From: Rhizobiales bacterium Ga0077537
GTDB lineage: Bacteria; Pseudomonadota; Alphaproteobacteria; Rhizobiales; Hyphomicrobiaceae
Direction of reading: 5' to 3'
DNA: 64,000 nt
Assembly: GCA_001464955.1 (NCBI GenBank)
Contig: LNEM01000030.1
Location: forward strand, 1,070,558 to 1,134,557
This document shows positions 35,917 to 45,705 of this stretch, in pieces. A model generated the notes under the pieces. The model searched no databases and had not been told where the DNA came from. It saw only the letters and a program-made list of their open reading frames with translations. Numbering within the stretch: the stretch's first letter is position 1; each line of letters starts with the position of its first letter. Made by a program: the position numbers and the translations under genes.

Positions 35917-37689
35917 ATGTCGCTGAGACCATCGATATCGCGCCCGCCGCGCTCGGACGCGGGCCTTGTCGTTCTGCACGGGTTGGTCGTCCTCGCATCG
36001 GCCGCGCTGCTGGTGACGGGAATTGCCATTGCGGCCGATCATCCGGATCGGCAATGGCTTCGCGCCTTCGAGGCCGTCCTCCCGTCAGGTGATGTCTGGA
36101 GCATCCACCTTTGGGCGGGTGTGGTTCTGATTTCGGTCGCAACCGCTTATCCGGCCTATATCCGCGCGACCGGCGCCAAGCGGCGGATCGCCTTCGACCG
36201 CATGCGTCTCCTGGCGCTGCGCTGCCCTGGCCAGGCCCGCCGTGCGGCGATGAATGTCGCCGTCTACTGGCTCGGCTTTGTCCTGCTCCTGTTGCAGCTC
36301 TCGACCGGCATTCTGCTGTATCTCGGCTGGGGTGGGCAGACGGTGACACTGCACTACGTCGGCGCGCTGGGGCTTGGCGCGTTCGTCCTGATCCACGTCA
36401 GCGCGCAATTCGCCTACGGCAGATCCCGGCAACTGCTGCGCATCGTGCGTCCGGGTCCCGTCACCCTGCCCTCCGTCGAGCCGTCGCTGGCCGATCTGGT
36501 CAGGCTGGGCGTCGAAAAAGCCGAACGCCAGACGCCTGCTGCACGGAGCGCAAGGCTCCATCTCCACCCTCTGACGGTCGGTGGCCTTTGCCTCGTCGTC
36601 GGTTCGGTCACCGCCGTTTCGCTCGACAACACCGGTCGGCCGACGCTGCGCATCGCGGCGATCGAGCAGGCCGATGCACCCCTGCTCGATGGCGACATCG
36701 ACGATCCGGTGTGGCGACTGGCGACGCCCGTCACCGTCGACACGCATCAGGGGGCGAATTTTTCCGGCACCGGCAGCGCGTCCGTCACGATCCGCGCCGT
36801 GCATGACGGCACGATGGCCTACCTGGCATTCACGTGGTCCGACCCGACGCGATCTCTGAAGCACCTTCCCCTCGTCAAGAAGGAGGACGGCTGGCATCTC
36901 GCCCACACGCGGTACGACGTGGAGGACGAGAACGCCTACTACGAGGACAAGTTCGCGGTCCTGTTGGCCGAAGAGCCAACGATGCCGGCCGGCGGCTCGA
37001 TCCATCTCGGACGACAGCCCCTGTCGGACAAGCCCGCGGCGCTGTCCGGGCGTGGGCTGCATTACACGACGGACGGCTCGATCGTGGACGTCTGGCATTG
37101 GAAGGCGACCCGTGGCGGCCTGCTCGGCTACGTCGACGACAACTACTTCGGTGGTCCAGTCGACCCGAAGCCGGCCGAATCCGCCGGCCAGTCGCGCTAC
37201 AAGGCCGGCTACCGCACCGATCCCGGCAAGGCGTTCTACGCCAACAACTTCGCGCACCAGCCACCCGCCGGTTACGCCGGCTCGCTTCAGCCGAAGCGGT
37301 TGCCGCTCAACTTCGCGTTCCAGCAGAACGCAATGGCCCGCATTGATCTCGATCCCGCCAAGAGCGAGACCTCCGAAGCGCGCTGGTGGATGACGGCCGA
37401 CGAGAGCCAGCCCTATTCGATCGAGGCCGATGCCCTCATTCCGGTCGGCACCGTCATCCCGGGAATCCTGATTGCGGGCGCCTACACCGGCGATCGCGCC
37501 GACATCAGATGCGCCGCGCGCTGGCATGCGGGGCGTTGGACACTCGAGCTTTCCCGTCGCCTCGACACTGGCTCCACGCATGACGTCGCCTTGCGATCCG
37601 GCGTCGCGATGTGGGTCGCCGCCTTCGACCACACACAAACCCGTCACACACGTCACATGCGTCCTGTCATTCTGGAGGTAGTCCGATGA
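35917..37689 (+). CDS. membrane cytochrome b fused to an ethylbenzene-dehydrogenase-like (EB_dh/DOMON-type) heme-binding domain
   Basis: Trimmed to ATG 35917 (GGAAGG RBS). Five TM segments with His in HGLVVL, IHLWAG, LHYVGA and IHVSAQ. The C-terminal domain with IRAVHDGTMAYLAFTWSD and VDVWHWKATRGG is typical of EB_dh-related proteins. Confidence 0.7.
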   Translation: MSLRPSISRPPRSDAGLVVLHGLVVLASAALLVTGIAIAADHPDRQWLRAFEAVLPSGDVWSIHLWAGVVLISVATAYPAYIRATGAKRRIAFDRMRLLALRCPGQARRAAMNVAVYWLGFVLLLLQLSTGILLYLGWGGQTVTLHYVGALGLGAFVLIHVSAQFAYGRSRQLLRIVRPGPVTLPSVEPSLADLVRLGVEKAERQTPAARSARLHLHPLTVGGLCLVVGSVTAVSLDNTGRPTLRIAAIEQADAPLLDGDIDDPVWRLATPVTVDTHQGANFSGTGSASVTIRAVHDGTMAYLAFTWSDPTRSLKHLPLVKKEDGWHLAHTRYDVEDENAYYEDKFAVLLAEEPTMPAGGSIHLGRQPLSDKPAALSGRGLHYTTDGSIVDVWHWKATRGGLLGYVDDNYFGGPVDPKPAESAGQSRYKAGYRTDPGKAFYANNFAHQPPAGYAGSLQPKRLPLNFAFQQNAMARIDLDPAKSETSEARWWMTADESQPYSIEADALIPVGTVIPGILIAGAYTGDRADIRCAARWHAGRWTLELSRRLDTGSTHDVALRSGVAMWVAAFDHTQTRHTRHMRPVILEVVR

Positions 37690-38729
37690 GTCACATCTGT
37701 CAGATCCGAATTGGCGAACAGGTCATCACGGCCCGCACCGGTGACCGCCTTCTCGATGCGGCGCTCATGAATGGCTGCGACTTGCCGCACGACTGCCGCT
37801 CCGGGCGTTGCGGCACGTGCGTGGTGAAGGTCCGAAGCGGTCTCGTCATCGGTGGCGAGACCGGGACCCCGGGCGTCGTTCAAGCCTGCCAGGCTGTGGT
37901 CTTGTCCGATCTCGAGGTCGATCCGCCCGAGATGGAGGACCCGTCGGCAGTGTCGGGCAAGGTGGCTTCGATCGAGCAGCCATCGCGTGATGTTGCCGAG
38001 GTGGCGATCCGCGTGGCTCGTCCGCTGGCGTGGCGACCGGGGCAATACGTCAACGTCACCTTCGGTGGCTTCCCGGCGCGCGCGTTCAGTCCGACGGTCG
38101 CGCTCGATGGAGGTGATCGCCCCGGCATTCTGCGACTTCACATTCGCCGCCTGTCCGGTGGGCGGGTCTCGGGTGAGATCGGCCGCGCCATTCAGCCGGG
38201 GCATCCCGTGGTCCTGCAGGGGCCGTATGGCTCGGCGTACTATCGCCCGGAAGAGCCTGGCCGGCTTGTGCTGTTCTCCAGCGGAACCGGCTTTGCGCCG
38301 ATCTGGTCGATCGTCGACGCGACGATGCGCCGCCAGCCGGGGCGTCCCATGCTGCTCGTCGTCGGCTCCCGTTCGATCTGCGGCTTCTATATGGCCTCGG
38401 CGCTCGAGCGGCTGTCCCGCTACCCGCATGTCACCATTTACCCGGTGGTCGGCGAGCGCCATTCCCTCGGCAGTGCCGTCCATATCGGCGATCCGGCAGA
38501 TCTTTCGCACATGATCTCCCGCGGCGATGTCGTGCACGCCGCCGGAGCACCCCGTCTGGTGGCGGCGTTGTCGATGGCGGCGCGCAATCTGGATGTCCCC
38601 TTCCACGCCGACCCGTTCACACCGGCCGTGGACGCGTCATTCCCGTCGACCCGGGGCCTGATGGATCGCCTGCGTCGCGTGGCCGGCGCCGTGCTCCCGG
38701 CACGCCAGGCTGAGACCGCGCCGCGCTGA
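37686..38729 (+). CDS. 2Fe-2S ferredoxin / FAD / NAD(P)H oxidoreductase (FNR-like reductase)
   Basis: ATGA overlap with the upstream gene. Plant-type cluster motif CRSGRCGTC...C, FAD motif RAFSP, GGRVSG, and NAD(P)H motif LFSSGTGFAP. Confidence 0.8.
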   Translation: MSHICQIRIGEQVITARTGDRLLDAALMNGCDLPHDCRSGRCGTCVVKVRSGLVIGGETGTPGVVQACQAVVLSDLEVDPPEMEDPSAVSGKVASIEQPSRDVAEVAIRVARPLAWRPGQYVNVTFGGFPARAFSPTVALDGGDRPGILRLHIRRLSGGRVSGEIGRAIQPGHPVVLQGPYGSAYYRPEEPGRLVLFSSGTGFAPIWSIVDATMRRQPGRPMLLVVGSRSICGFYMASALERLSRYPHVTIYPVVGERHSLGSAVHIGDPADLSHMISRGDVVHAAGAPRLVAALSMAARNLDVPFHADPFTPAVDASFPSTRGLMDRLRRVAGAVLPARQAETAPR

Positions 38730-38800
38730 GCCATCCGCGTGATCCGGATGCTCGAGAAATTCAACACAAACCAGAACGAGTATGAGTAGGAGTTGATCGA

Positions 38801-39526
38801 ATGAACCGATCGGAAAGAATGCTGCCGGCAGCCGTGCTGAGTGCGCTCGTGACCTTGTCCTGCTTCGCGACCGGAGCGGCAGAGGCAAACGGGCGACCGC
38901 CCGCGCCCCAGTTCGAGACCTACGGCGAACCGGTCTACAACTGGACTGGTCTCTATTTCGGCGCATCTGCCGGTGGCGCATTCGCCAATACCGATCACTT
39001 CTATGACCGCCAGAACGGCAAGAACGATCACGGCCAAGTCTGGCTCGATTCGAGCGGCACCATCGCGTCGGCGCACGTCGGTTACAATTACATGATGCCG
39101 AGTTCCTGGGTGATCGGCGTCGAGGCGGAACTCGGCATGCTCGGTATCGATACCGAGCGGATCGTGATCAAGGACGACGACGTGCTTCGCCTGAAGACTG
39201 GCATGTTCGGCACGGCGCGTGCGCGTTTGGGCTACGCGTTCGGTCGCTTCCTTCCGTACGTCACGGCCGGCTTCGCGTTCGTCGATATCGAGAATGCGGG
39301 CGGAAATCCCTTGAATGCGGCGCGCTTCCTGACCTTGAGCGAGATGCGCCCCGGCCTCGCCGTCGGTGCGGGCGCCGAATATGCATTCTCACAGAACCTC
39401 GTCGCTCGCCTCGAGTATCTCTATGTGGACACGATGGAGTACGAGGTGCGAAATCTCGAGAACGAGATGATGAAATTCGACAACGATATCCATCTTGTGC
39501 GGGCTGGCCTCAGCTACAAGTTCTGA
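38801..39526 (+). CDS. outer-membrane beta-barrel protein (Omp25/Omp31 / OmpA-like porin family)
   Basis: Signal peptide ...LSCFATGAAEA, NWTGLYFGASAGGAF, alternating beta-strand pattern, and C-terminal VRAGLSYKF. Confidence 0.8.
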   Translation: MNRSERMLPAAVLSALVTLSCFATGAAEANGRPPAPQFETYGEPVYNWTGLYFGASAGGAFANTDHFYDRQNGKNDHGQVWLDSSGTIASAHVGYNYMMPSSWVIGVEAELGMLGIDTERIVIKDDDVLRLKTGMFGTARARLGYAFGRFLPYVTAGFAFVDIENAGGNPLNAARFLTLSEMRPGLAVGAGAEYAFSQNLVARLEYLYVDTMEYEVRNLENEMMKFDNDIHLVRAGLSYKF

Positions 39527-39907
39527 TCCGCCGATACGGCACACGGGATCGTGAAGAGTCGTGATCCGAGTGGCCCTCCAAGGACCGAAGAGGCGCACTA
39601 TTTATCATCCATCGGATCGGCGAAGGCGACAGAGTTCGGCGCCTATGGCAGTGGGCACGACGTCCCTCGCCGATCCACTGAGACGCCGCCCTTCCCCGCG
39701 GCGTAGCGGCCATCGTTCCCCTCACGATGGCCCAGCCTTCGAACCCGTGTCGATCACGGTGTCGAAGGCCCAACCTCGACCCTGGGTGGCGTCCCCGGCC
39801 ACCCAGGGTCCGCCATGTTCAGCTCACAATTTGATGTTCGCGTCCGGTCGCCGATGCTAGGCGTGGTGTCGGGCGCGTTCGGCGAGGATGGTGGAGCAGG
39901 AAGCAAC

Positions 39908-41128
39908 GTGACGGCAGGAGTCTGGCAACGCACGGCGCGAGGCGCCACGGTGATGGTGGCGTTGATGATCGCTGCTGGTGCTTTGAGCCTTCCGGCCCGC
40001 GCACAAGCCATCGGAGACGAGCTGGCATCGCGCCTCACCGAGGCTCAGCAGCGCCAGTACGTTGTTTATCTCCGGGCGCGCGCTCACCACGATCGGCTCT
40101 CCGCCGAATACTGGTCGGCCGTCGAAGATCTGCGCGAACAGCGTCGTCGCAAGCGAAGCGCCGGACAGCCGTTCACGGTCGGCGACTTCGTGGCTGTCCA
40201 GCCGCCGCGGTATGCCGGACCGCCGATCCCCCCCGATGTGGCGAAGATCATCGCGTCTCTGCGCTCGCCGGCGAAGCCCGACGAGGACATGGCCGTCGTT
40301 TCCGATTTTCTCGACAGTGCGCGCAAGGAATTCGGCTTCGTTCCCGTCCGCTCGTCGGAGGCGCAATTCATGCGCCGCTATGCCGAGGAGTCGCTCTCTC
40401 TGGGTCTGACCAAGGATCAGGTCGTACGTGTCTACGCCCTCGAGACAGGCGGACGCGGCACTGCCGACATGCAGGCAGGAATCGACCCCGAGACGAAGAA
40501 AGGCCGTCCGATCTCGTCGGCGTTGGGCTACGCCCAGTTGCTCGGGGCGAATTCGGTCAACGAACTCGCCAAGCACGGCGATATGTTCGTGAGCCGCCTC
40601 GAAGCGCTCGCGGTAGCCCCAGGGATCTCGTCGGCGAACGTGGCGTCGATCCGGTCCAGGGTGCGCGCGCTCCGCAAGATGATCCGGGCTGTCCGGTCCG
40701 TGCCGAACAACTGGAGCGCGCACGTCGCGTTCGCTCGGACCCCGAAGGGCCTCGGCATCCATGCGCTCAATCTCGACGCCGACATCGGCCCCTGGCTCCA
40801 GACCATCAAGCTGAAGGGTGTCCGCGATTATGCGGAGAAGGCAGGTCGGCCGCGCTTGTCGGGCGCCGAGATCGAGCTGATGAACCTCGCGGGTCCGCAG
40901 ACCGGCCTCGACATGATGGACACGCCCGGTCGCGACATGCCGACCACGAATTTCTTTACTGAGAAGGCCTACAATCGCAATCCGATCGTCAAGGACAAGA
41001 CGGGCGCCGAGCTGCTGCAGGCGCTCGAGAGTCGCATGGACCAGAACGTATTGAAGTCAGGATCTGTCGCCTTCGCCAAGGCCTTCGATGCAGCCATCGC
41101 ATCGCGGCGGGCCGCAGCACGTCGGTGA
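39908..41128 (+). CDS. secreted hypothetical protein (possible lysozyme-like/transglycosylase fold)
   Basis: GTG 39908 chosen (GGAGCAGGAAG upstream), and ATG 39953 is also possible. Signal peptide VMVALMIAAGALSLPARAQA. VYALETGGRG...ISSALGYAQLLGAN is reminiscent of SLT E-x / G-x-x-Q motifs. The fold call is weak. Confidence 0.5.
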   Translation: MTAGVWQRTARGATVMVALMIAAGALSLPARAQAIGDELASRLTEAQQRQYVVYLRARAHHDRLSAEYWSAVEDLREQRRRKRSAGQPFTVGDFVAVQPPRYAGPPIPPDVAKIIASLRSPAKPDEDMAVVSDFLDSARKEFGFVPVRSSEAQFMRRYAEESLSLGLTKDQVVRVYALETGGRGTADMQAGIDPETKKGRPISSALGYAQLLGANSVNELAKHGDMFVSRLEALAVAPGISSANVASIRSRVRALRKMIRAVRSVPNNWSAHVAFARTPKGLGIHALNLDADIGPWLQTIKLKGVRDYAEKAGRPRLSGAEIELMNLAGPQTGLDMMDTPGRDMPTTNFFTEKAYNRNPIVKDKTGAELLQALESRMDQNVLKSGSVAFAKAFDAAIASRRAAARR

Positions 41129-41134
41129 TCGCGC

Positions 41135-41845
41135 TCAGCGGCAGATCTGTTTGTCGCCCTCGCGGCCATGCCATGCGAGGTCGAAGTGGAAGTGGTCCCG
41201 GTGGAAGCTGTCGTAGTTGGGGCCCAGCACCGTCATGAAGATCGCGCACCCGCCGCGGTGCACGTCGCGCAGGAAGCCACGCTCCCGCACATCGCCCCAC
41301 CAGCCGGTCTTGACCCTGATCCAGCGTCCGTCCGCCAGCATGAATCCAGAGACGTCGAGCGCGTTGGCGAAGCCGTGCTCCGACAGTCGCGCGCCGCGCT
41401 GGTGGTTGATCGGTCGGCAGGCGTAGGACGCAGCCACCTTGATCTCGATGACCGGCAGCCCGAAATGCCGCTGGGCCGCGCGCTGAACGACCTCGCCCAT
41501 CCATTTGTCGACCGCGGGCACCATGGCGCATTGCAGGAGCGCTGTCGGCCGCATGGCGACGCGGCCTCCGAGGGCCGCCGACATTTCGAAGGGACGTTCT
41601 GCACCGCAGGAGGAACCTGGGCCGCCGAGCGAGGCTCGCTGGACGAGGAACGGCGACGGCTTCACGATCCCGAGCGCCAGACACTTGTTCTCTTCCTGGC
41701 TCCGCCAGGGTGCCGGCTTCGACATCAGCCTGGGAAATCCGGCACCGAGTCCCACGGACTTGCTCGCGCCGGAACCCCCGCAGGCCGCAAGGGCCAGGAG
41801 GCAGCAGATCGCCAGGACAGCTGACACGGGACGCATCACAGACAT
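41135..41845 (-). CDS. extensin-like C-terminal domain family lipoprotein
   Basis: Lipobox LLALAAC. LLQCAMVPAVDKWM..., SEHGFANALDVSGF and GPNYDSFHRDHFHFDL match the bacterial 'extensin family protein' pattern. Confidence 0.75.
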   Translation of the reverse strand: MSVMRPVSAVLAICCLLALAACGGSGASKSVGLGAGFPRLMSKPAPWRSQEENKCLALGIVKPSPFLVQRASLGGPGSSCGAERPFEMSAALGGRVAMRPTALLQCAMVPAVDKWMGEVVQRAAQRHFGLPVIEIKVAASYACRPINHQRGARLSEHGFANALDVSGFMLADGRWIRVKTGWWGDVRERGFLRDVHRGGCAIFMTVLGPNYDSFHRDHFHFDLAWHGREGDKQICR

Positions 41846-42119
41846 GCCGCGACTCTATCCACGCTATGGTTGATTTTCCGTTAATGCGCCGCGTCGTATC
41901 CCGCATCGGCGAGACGCGCCGACGCGGGGACCTGCTATGCTCGACGAGGCGAATATGACTGTGCGCCGGGGCGGCAATTCGCCGAACCGGTGTCGCAAGA
42001 CGGCGCAACTTTGTTGGTTCTGCGGCGCCAGCCCTTCGTTAACGCTGCCAAAGCAAATCGGTTAACGGGCACCACGCAGTCTGGCTAAGTCACCGCGCCT
42101 CGGGGGAGCGGAGTAGGCG

Positions 42120-43445
42120 ATGCGCAGGGAGCGTCTGGTCATCATCGGAGCCGGCCCTGTCGGTCTGGCGATGGCGGCGGCGCTGCGACGAGAGGCGGTT
42201 GCCTTCGAGCATGTCGATGCGAACGCCGGTCTGGGCGGAAACTGGCATTCGGGCGTCTACGAGACGACGCACATCGTCTCGTCCAAGCGGTCGACGGCGT
42301 TCGCCGACTACCCGATGCCCGCCGATTACCCCGACTTTCCGTCGGCGCGCCAGATGCAGGCCTACCTCGAGAGCTTTGCCCGGGACAGGGATCTCGCGCG
42401 GCGCATCGAGTTCGGGCGACGCGTCGTAGAGGCCCGGCCGCAGCCCGACGACACCTGGGTGGTGCGCTTCGAGAATGGTGAGCAGCGCACCTACAAAGGC
42501 GTCGTCGTCTGCAATGGCCACCATTGGGACCCGATCGAGCCCGAACTGCCGGGCTCTTTTTCCGGTCGCGTCATGCACGCACGCTTCTACAAGTCACCGG
42601 CCGACGTCGCCGGCGCCCGCGTTCTTGTCATCGGCGCTGGAAATTCGGGCTGCGACATTGCCTCCGAATGTGCTCGCGTGGCGCGATCGACCGACTGGAG
42701 CATGCGCAGTGGAGCCTGGTTCCTGCCGAAAGTGGCGTTCGGCCGGCCGCTGACCGACTTGCCGGTCTGGTCGCTTCCCGTCCCCGCCCAGCGGCTGGTT
42801 CTGAAAGGGCTGATCCGGCTGTTGATCGGCCGCTATCGGGACTACGGCTTGCCCGAGCCGTCGCACCGCCTCTTTGAGCGTCATCCGACGTTCGGCACCG
42901 AAGCGCTCGGCTACATTCGGCAGGGGCGCATCCGTCCGCGCCCCGCGATCGCCCAGTGCGACGGGCGCAAGGTGCGCTTCACGGACGGCGGGGAAACCGA
43001 GGTCGACCTGATCGTTGCGGCCACTGGCTACAAGGTAATCTTCCCGTTCCTGCCCAAAGGCCTCGTGGACGTTCGCGACAACGTCGCCCAGATCTACGGC
43101 GGTGCGTTCCCGCCACGCGTGAAGAACCTCTACATCGTCGGTTCCGAGCAGCCCCGTAACGGCTTCGGCGCCATCCTGTCCCCCGCGGCGGCGCTCTATG
43201 CCCGCCTGATCGCCATGCAGGACGAATTCGACCACCCGATCGGCTCGATCCTCGAGTTCGGAGGCGAGAGATTGCCGACGTCGCAATACGTCGATCCGGC
43301 GAAAGCGCGGCGGCGTATCCGCTGGGGGCGCCGGTTGCTCGCGATCATGCGGCTGGAGGGGCGCATCCTCGATCGGCGGCGGACCTATCGCCCGATCGCG
43401 CTCGACCTCCCTCCGGCCGTCGACTATCGAGATGCAGCGGAGTAG
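42120..43445 (+). CDS. flavin-containing monooxygenase (FMO-like, NAD(P)-binding)
   Basis: FAD motif IIGAGPVGLAMA, GGNWH, and second dinucleotide motif VIGAGNSGCDIA. Confidence 0.8.
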   Translation: MRRERLVIIGAGPVGLAMAAALRREAVAFEHVDANAGLGGNWHSGVYETTHIVSSKRSTAFADYPMPADYPDFPSARQMQAYLESFARDRDLARRIEFGRRVVEARPQPDDTWVVRFENGEQRTYKGVVVCNGHHWDPIEPELPGSFSGRVMHARFYKSPADVAGARVLVIGAGNSGCDIASECARVARSTDWSMRSGAWFLPKVAFGRPLTDLPVWSLPVPAQRLVLKGLIRLLIGRYRDYGLPEPSHRLFERHPTFGTEALGYIRQGRIRPRPAIAQCDGRKVRFTDGGETEVDLIVAATGYKVIFPFLPKGLVDVRDNVAQIYGGAFPPRVKNLYIVGSEQPRNGFGAILSPAAALYARLIAMQDEFDHPIGSILEFGGERLPTSQYVDPAKARRRIRWGRRLLAIMRLEGRILDRRRTYRPIALDLPPAVDYRDAAE

Positions 43446-43499
43446 TCCGCCGGCTGTCGCGAGGCCGCCCGTCCCCGAATGGCAGAGCGAGTTGAAGCA

Positions 43500-44534
43500 A
43501 TGAAAGTGCTCGTGACAGGAGCCGGCGGTCACCTCGGCTACAATCTGTTGTCGGCGCTGCTGGCGGCTGGACACACCGTCCGGGGCTCCGTCCGCTCGCT
43601 TTCGGACACGGCCGCCGTGGAGCGGCTGGCGGCTCTCGGCCCCGTAGAGGTCGTGGCCGCGACGCTCGAGAGCGAACCGGCCCTTCGCGCCGCCATGGAC
43701 GGCATGGATGCCGTCGTCCACACCGCCGCCGTCTACCTTCTCCATGCCCCCGGCCGCGATGCCGAGATCGTGGCCGCCAGCGTCGATGGCGTCGAGAAGG
43801 CCCTCCGCGCCGCACGCGACGCCCGCGTGGGGCGTGTCGTGTTGACGTCCTCGGTCGTCACGCTGCCCCTGACCCGCCCGGGAGCTCTGCCGGTCGACGA
43901 AGGCCACTGGGCCGAGGACCTGCGCGTGCCCTACTTTCGCGCCAAGACGCTGGCCGAGAAACGCGCCTGGGAGTTGTCCCGCGAACTGGGCCTCGATCTC
44001 GTCACCGTGCTGCCGGGTGCATTCGCCGGCCCCGGTTTCGTGCGCAACACGCCGAGCGTCGATCTCGTGGAATCGATCATGAAGGGCGCCATGGAACTGG
44101 CGGCACCTCCGGGTGCCTACCCCTACGTCGACGTCCGCGATGTGGCGGCCGCCCATGTCCTGGCACTCGGACCGTCGGCGAAAGGGCGTTACATCGCCAT
44201 CAACGATCCGATTCCGAGCTTTGCCGAGATCGCGAACGAAATGCACGCCATCGACCGGAGCATCCCCCGGCCCAAGCTCACGTTGCCGGATTTCACCCTG
44301 CCGTTGCTGCCGTTCCTGGAAGGCTTGAACAGCCGGCTGACCAGTGCGCCACGGACCATGACCCCGGAAATGGCGGCGACCCTTCGCGGCCGCGTGTTCA
44401 ACGCGACGTCCGCCCGCATCCGTCGCGAACTCGGCTGGAAGCCCGTGATCACGCTGCGCCACAGCCTTGCCGACACGATCACGGCGCTCCGCGCGCAAAG
44501 CCAGGCAAATGCGGCCGCGCGCGCGGTCTCCTGA
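43500..44534 (+). CDS. NAD-dependent epimerase/dehydratase family SDR (dihydroflavonol-reductase-like)
   Basis: MKVLVTGAGGHLG Rossmann motif and YFRAKTLAE (YxxxK). Trimmed to ATG 43500. Confidence 0.8.
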   Translation: MKVLVTGAGGHLGYNLLSALLAAGHTVRGSVRSLSDTAAVERLAALGPVEVVAATLESEPALRAAMDGMDAVVHTAAVYLLHAPGRDAEIVAASVDGVEKALRAARDARVGRVVLTSSVVTLPLTRPGALPVDEGHWAEDLRVPYFRAKTLAEKRAWELSRELGLDLVTVLPGAFAGPGFVRNTPSVDLVESIMKGAMELAAPPGAYPYVDVRDVAAAHVLALGPSAKGRYIAINDPIPSFAEIANEMHAIDRSIPRPKLTLPDFTLPLLPFLEGLNSRLTSAPRTMTPEMAATLRGRVFNATSARIRRELGWKPVITLRHSLADTITALRAQSQANAAARAVS

Positions 44535-44537
44535 CGC

Positions 44538-45599
44538 CTAGACCGTCGCGATGGCATTGGCCGGCGAGCCGACCGCACCCGGCAGGTTGAGCGGTGGCGC
44601 CGTCAGCAGGAACGACGACCTGTTATTGGCCCTGAGCCAGTTCGCGAGTTCCGAAAGCCGCCAGATCTCCCCGAGGTTCACGCCGAGCTTGAACAACGCC
44701 TTCTGATGCAGGGGAAGCATCGCGCACTGCCCCGGCTTGATCGGCGCGTCGTACATCTCGACGGCGTAGTTGTCGGCGATGAGCGCGGCGACCTTGCTCT
44801 CGGCGATCCACTGCAGCAGCCGGTCGTCCGTGCCGTCGAGGCCGCAGCATTGGCCATGCAGCCAGTCGTGCGTCGGCGTCTTCTTGCCCTCGAAGATCAC
44901 CTCGTCGAAGCCCGTCCGGAAACAGACCATGTCGCCGGGCAGCACCTTGATGCCGTCCGCCGCCATCACCTTCATGAGGTCGTCGTAGCCGATCGGCTTC
45001 TTCGCGCGCCCGAAGTGGGCCTCGAGGTCGATCATGACGGCCCGGCCCTGGATGCACTTCTGCGCCATGTTCTCGACGCCGAGCGCATTCGCGGACGAGG
45101 TGCCGACGGCGGGCACCATCGTGCCGGGCACGCCGCCCGCGTCCTTGGCGTCCGTCGGCCCGACCACCTCGTGGCCCAACCGATAGCCGTTGTAGAACAC
45201 GACTTCCGGCACGCCGTCCCCATCCGCGTCGAAGACCGCGCCGACGTGCGCCAGCGTGTCCCACTGTGTCGAATACTGGAGATGCAGGAGCACCATGTCG
45301 TCGTTGACGACGTCGGTCATGCCCGGGTGGTCCCAGTCGGCGCGATAGCCCCAGTTCGGCTTGTCGTTCCGGAGCGTGGGCCTGAGTTGCGGCGGATGCC
45401 GGCGCGGATTGAGCACGTTGCCGCCGGGGTAATCGAGCGGCATCGACAGGCAGAACGTCTTGCCGGTCTTCACCTCGGCGATGCCCTGCTGGACCTTCTC
45501 CGCCGTGATCTCGTTGAGACGCCCGAGCTGGTCGTCCGGACCGTAGTCCCCCCACGTCGAGCCTTCGGGGCGGTTCTTCCAGCGGCTGCTCTTGGTCAT
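44538..45599 (-). CDS. cyclase family protein (putative cyclase/arylformamidase-like fold)
   Basis: Trimmed to ATG 45599 (GGAGGACACACC upstream). WGDYGPDDQLGRLNEI and LHLQYSTQWDTLAHVG resemble the putative cyclase family. Confidence 0.65.
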   Translation of the reverse strand: MTKSSRWKNRPEGSTWGDYGPDDQLGRLNEITAEKVQQGIAEVKTGKTFCLSMPLDYPGGNVLNPRRHPPQLRPTLRNDKPNWGYRADWDHPGMTDVVNDDMVLLHLQYSTQWDTLAHVGAVFDADGDGVPEVVFYNGYRLGHEVVGPTDAKDAGGVPGTMVPAVGTSSANALGVENMAQKCIQGRAVMIDLEAHFGRAKKPIGYDDLMKVMAADGIKVLPGDMVCFRTGFDEVIFEGKKTPTHDWLHGQCCGLDGTDDRLLQWIAESKVAALIADNYAVEMYDAPIKPGQCAMLPLHQKALFKLGVNLGEIWRLSELANWLRANNRSSFLLTAPPLNLPGAVGSPANAIATV

Positions 45600-45705
45600 G
45601 GTGTGTCCTCCGGCACGGGCGATTGTTGCCGCAGTCGAGCACACGGCTCCGCTGGCGGCAACTCGAGAGCTGTCACCCGTAAGTCTACACCGCCGGACGC
45701 AACCC

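Noticed and set aside
41870-41884. TTGA-N7-TTAA, resembling a CtrA box (TTAA-N7-TTAA), upstream of the extensin-like gene
   Set aside because: It has one mismatch in a short degenerate motif and no second supporting feature. Such a match is expected by chance in AT-richer promoter DNA.
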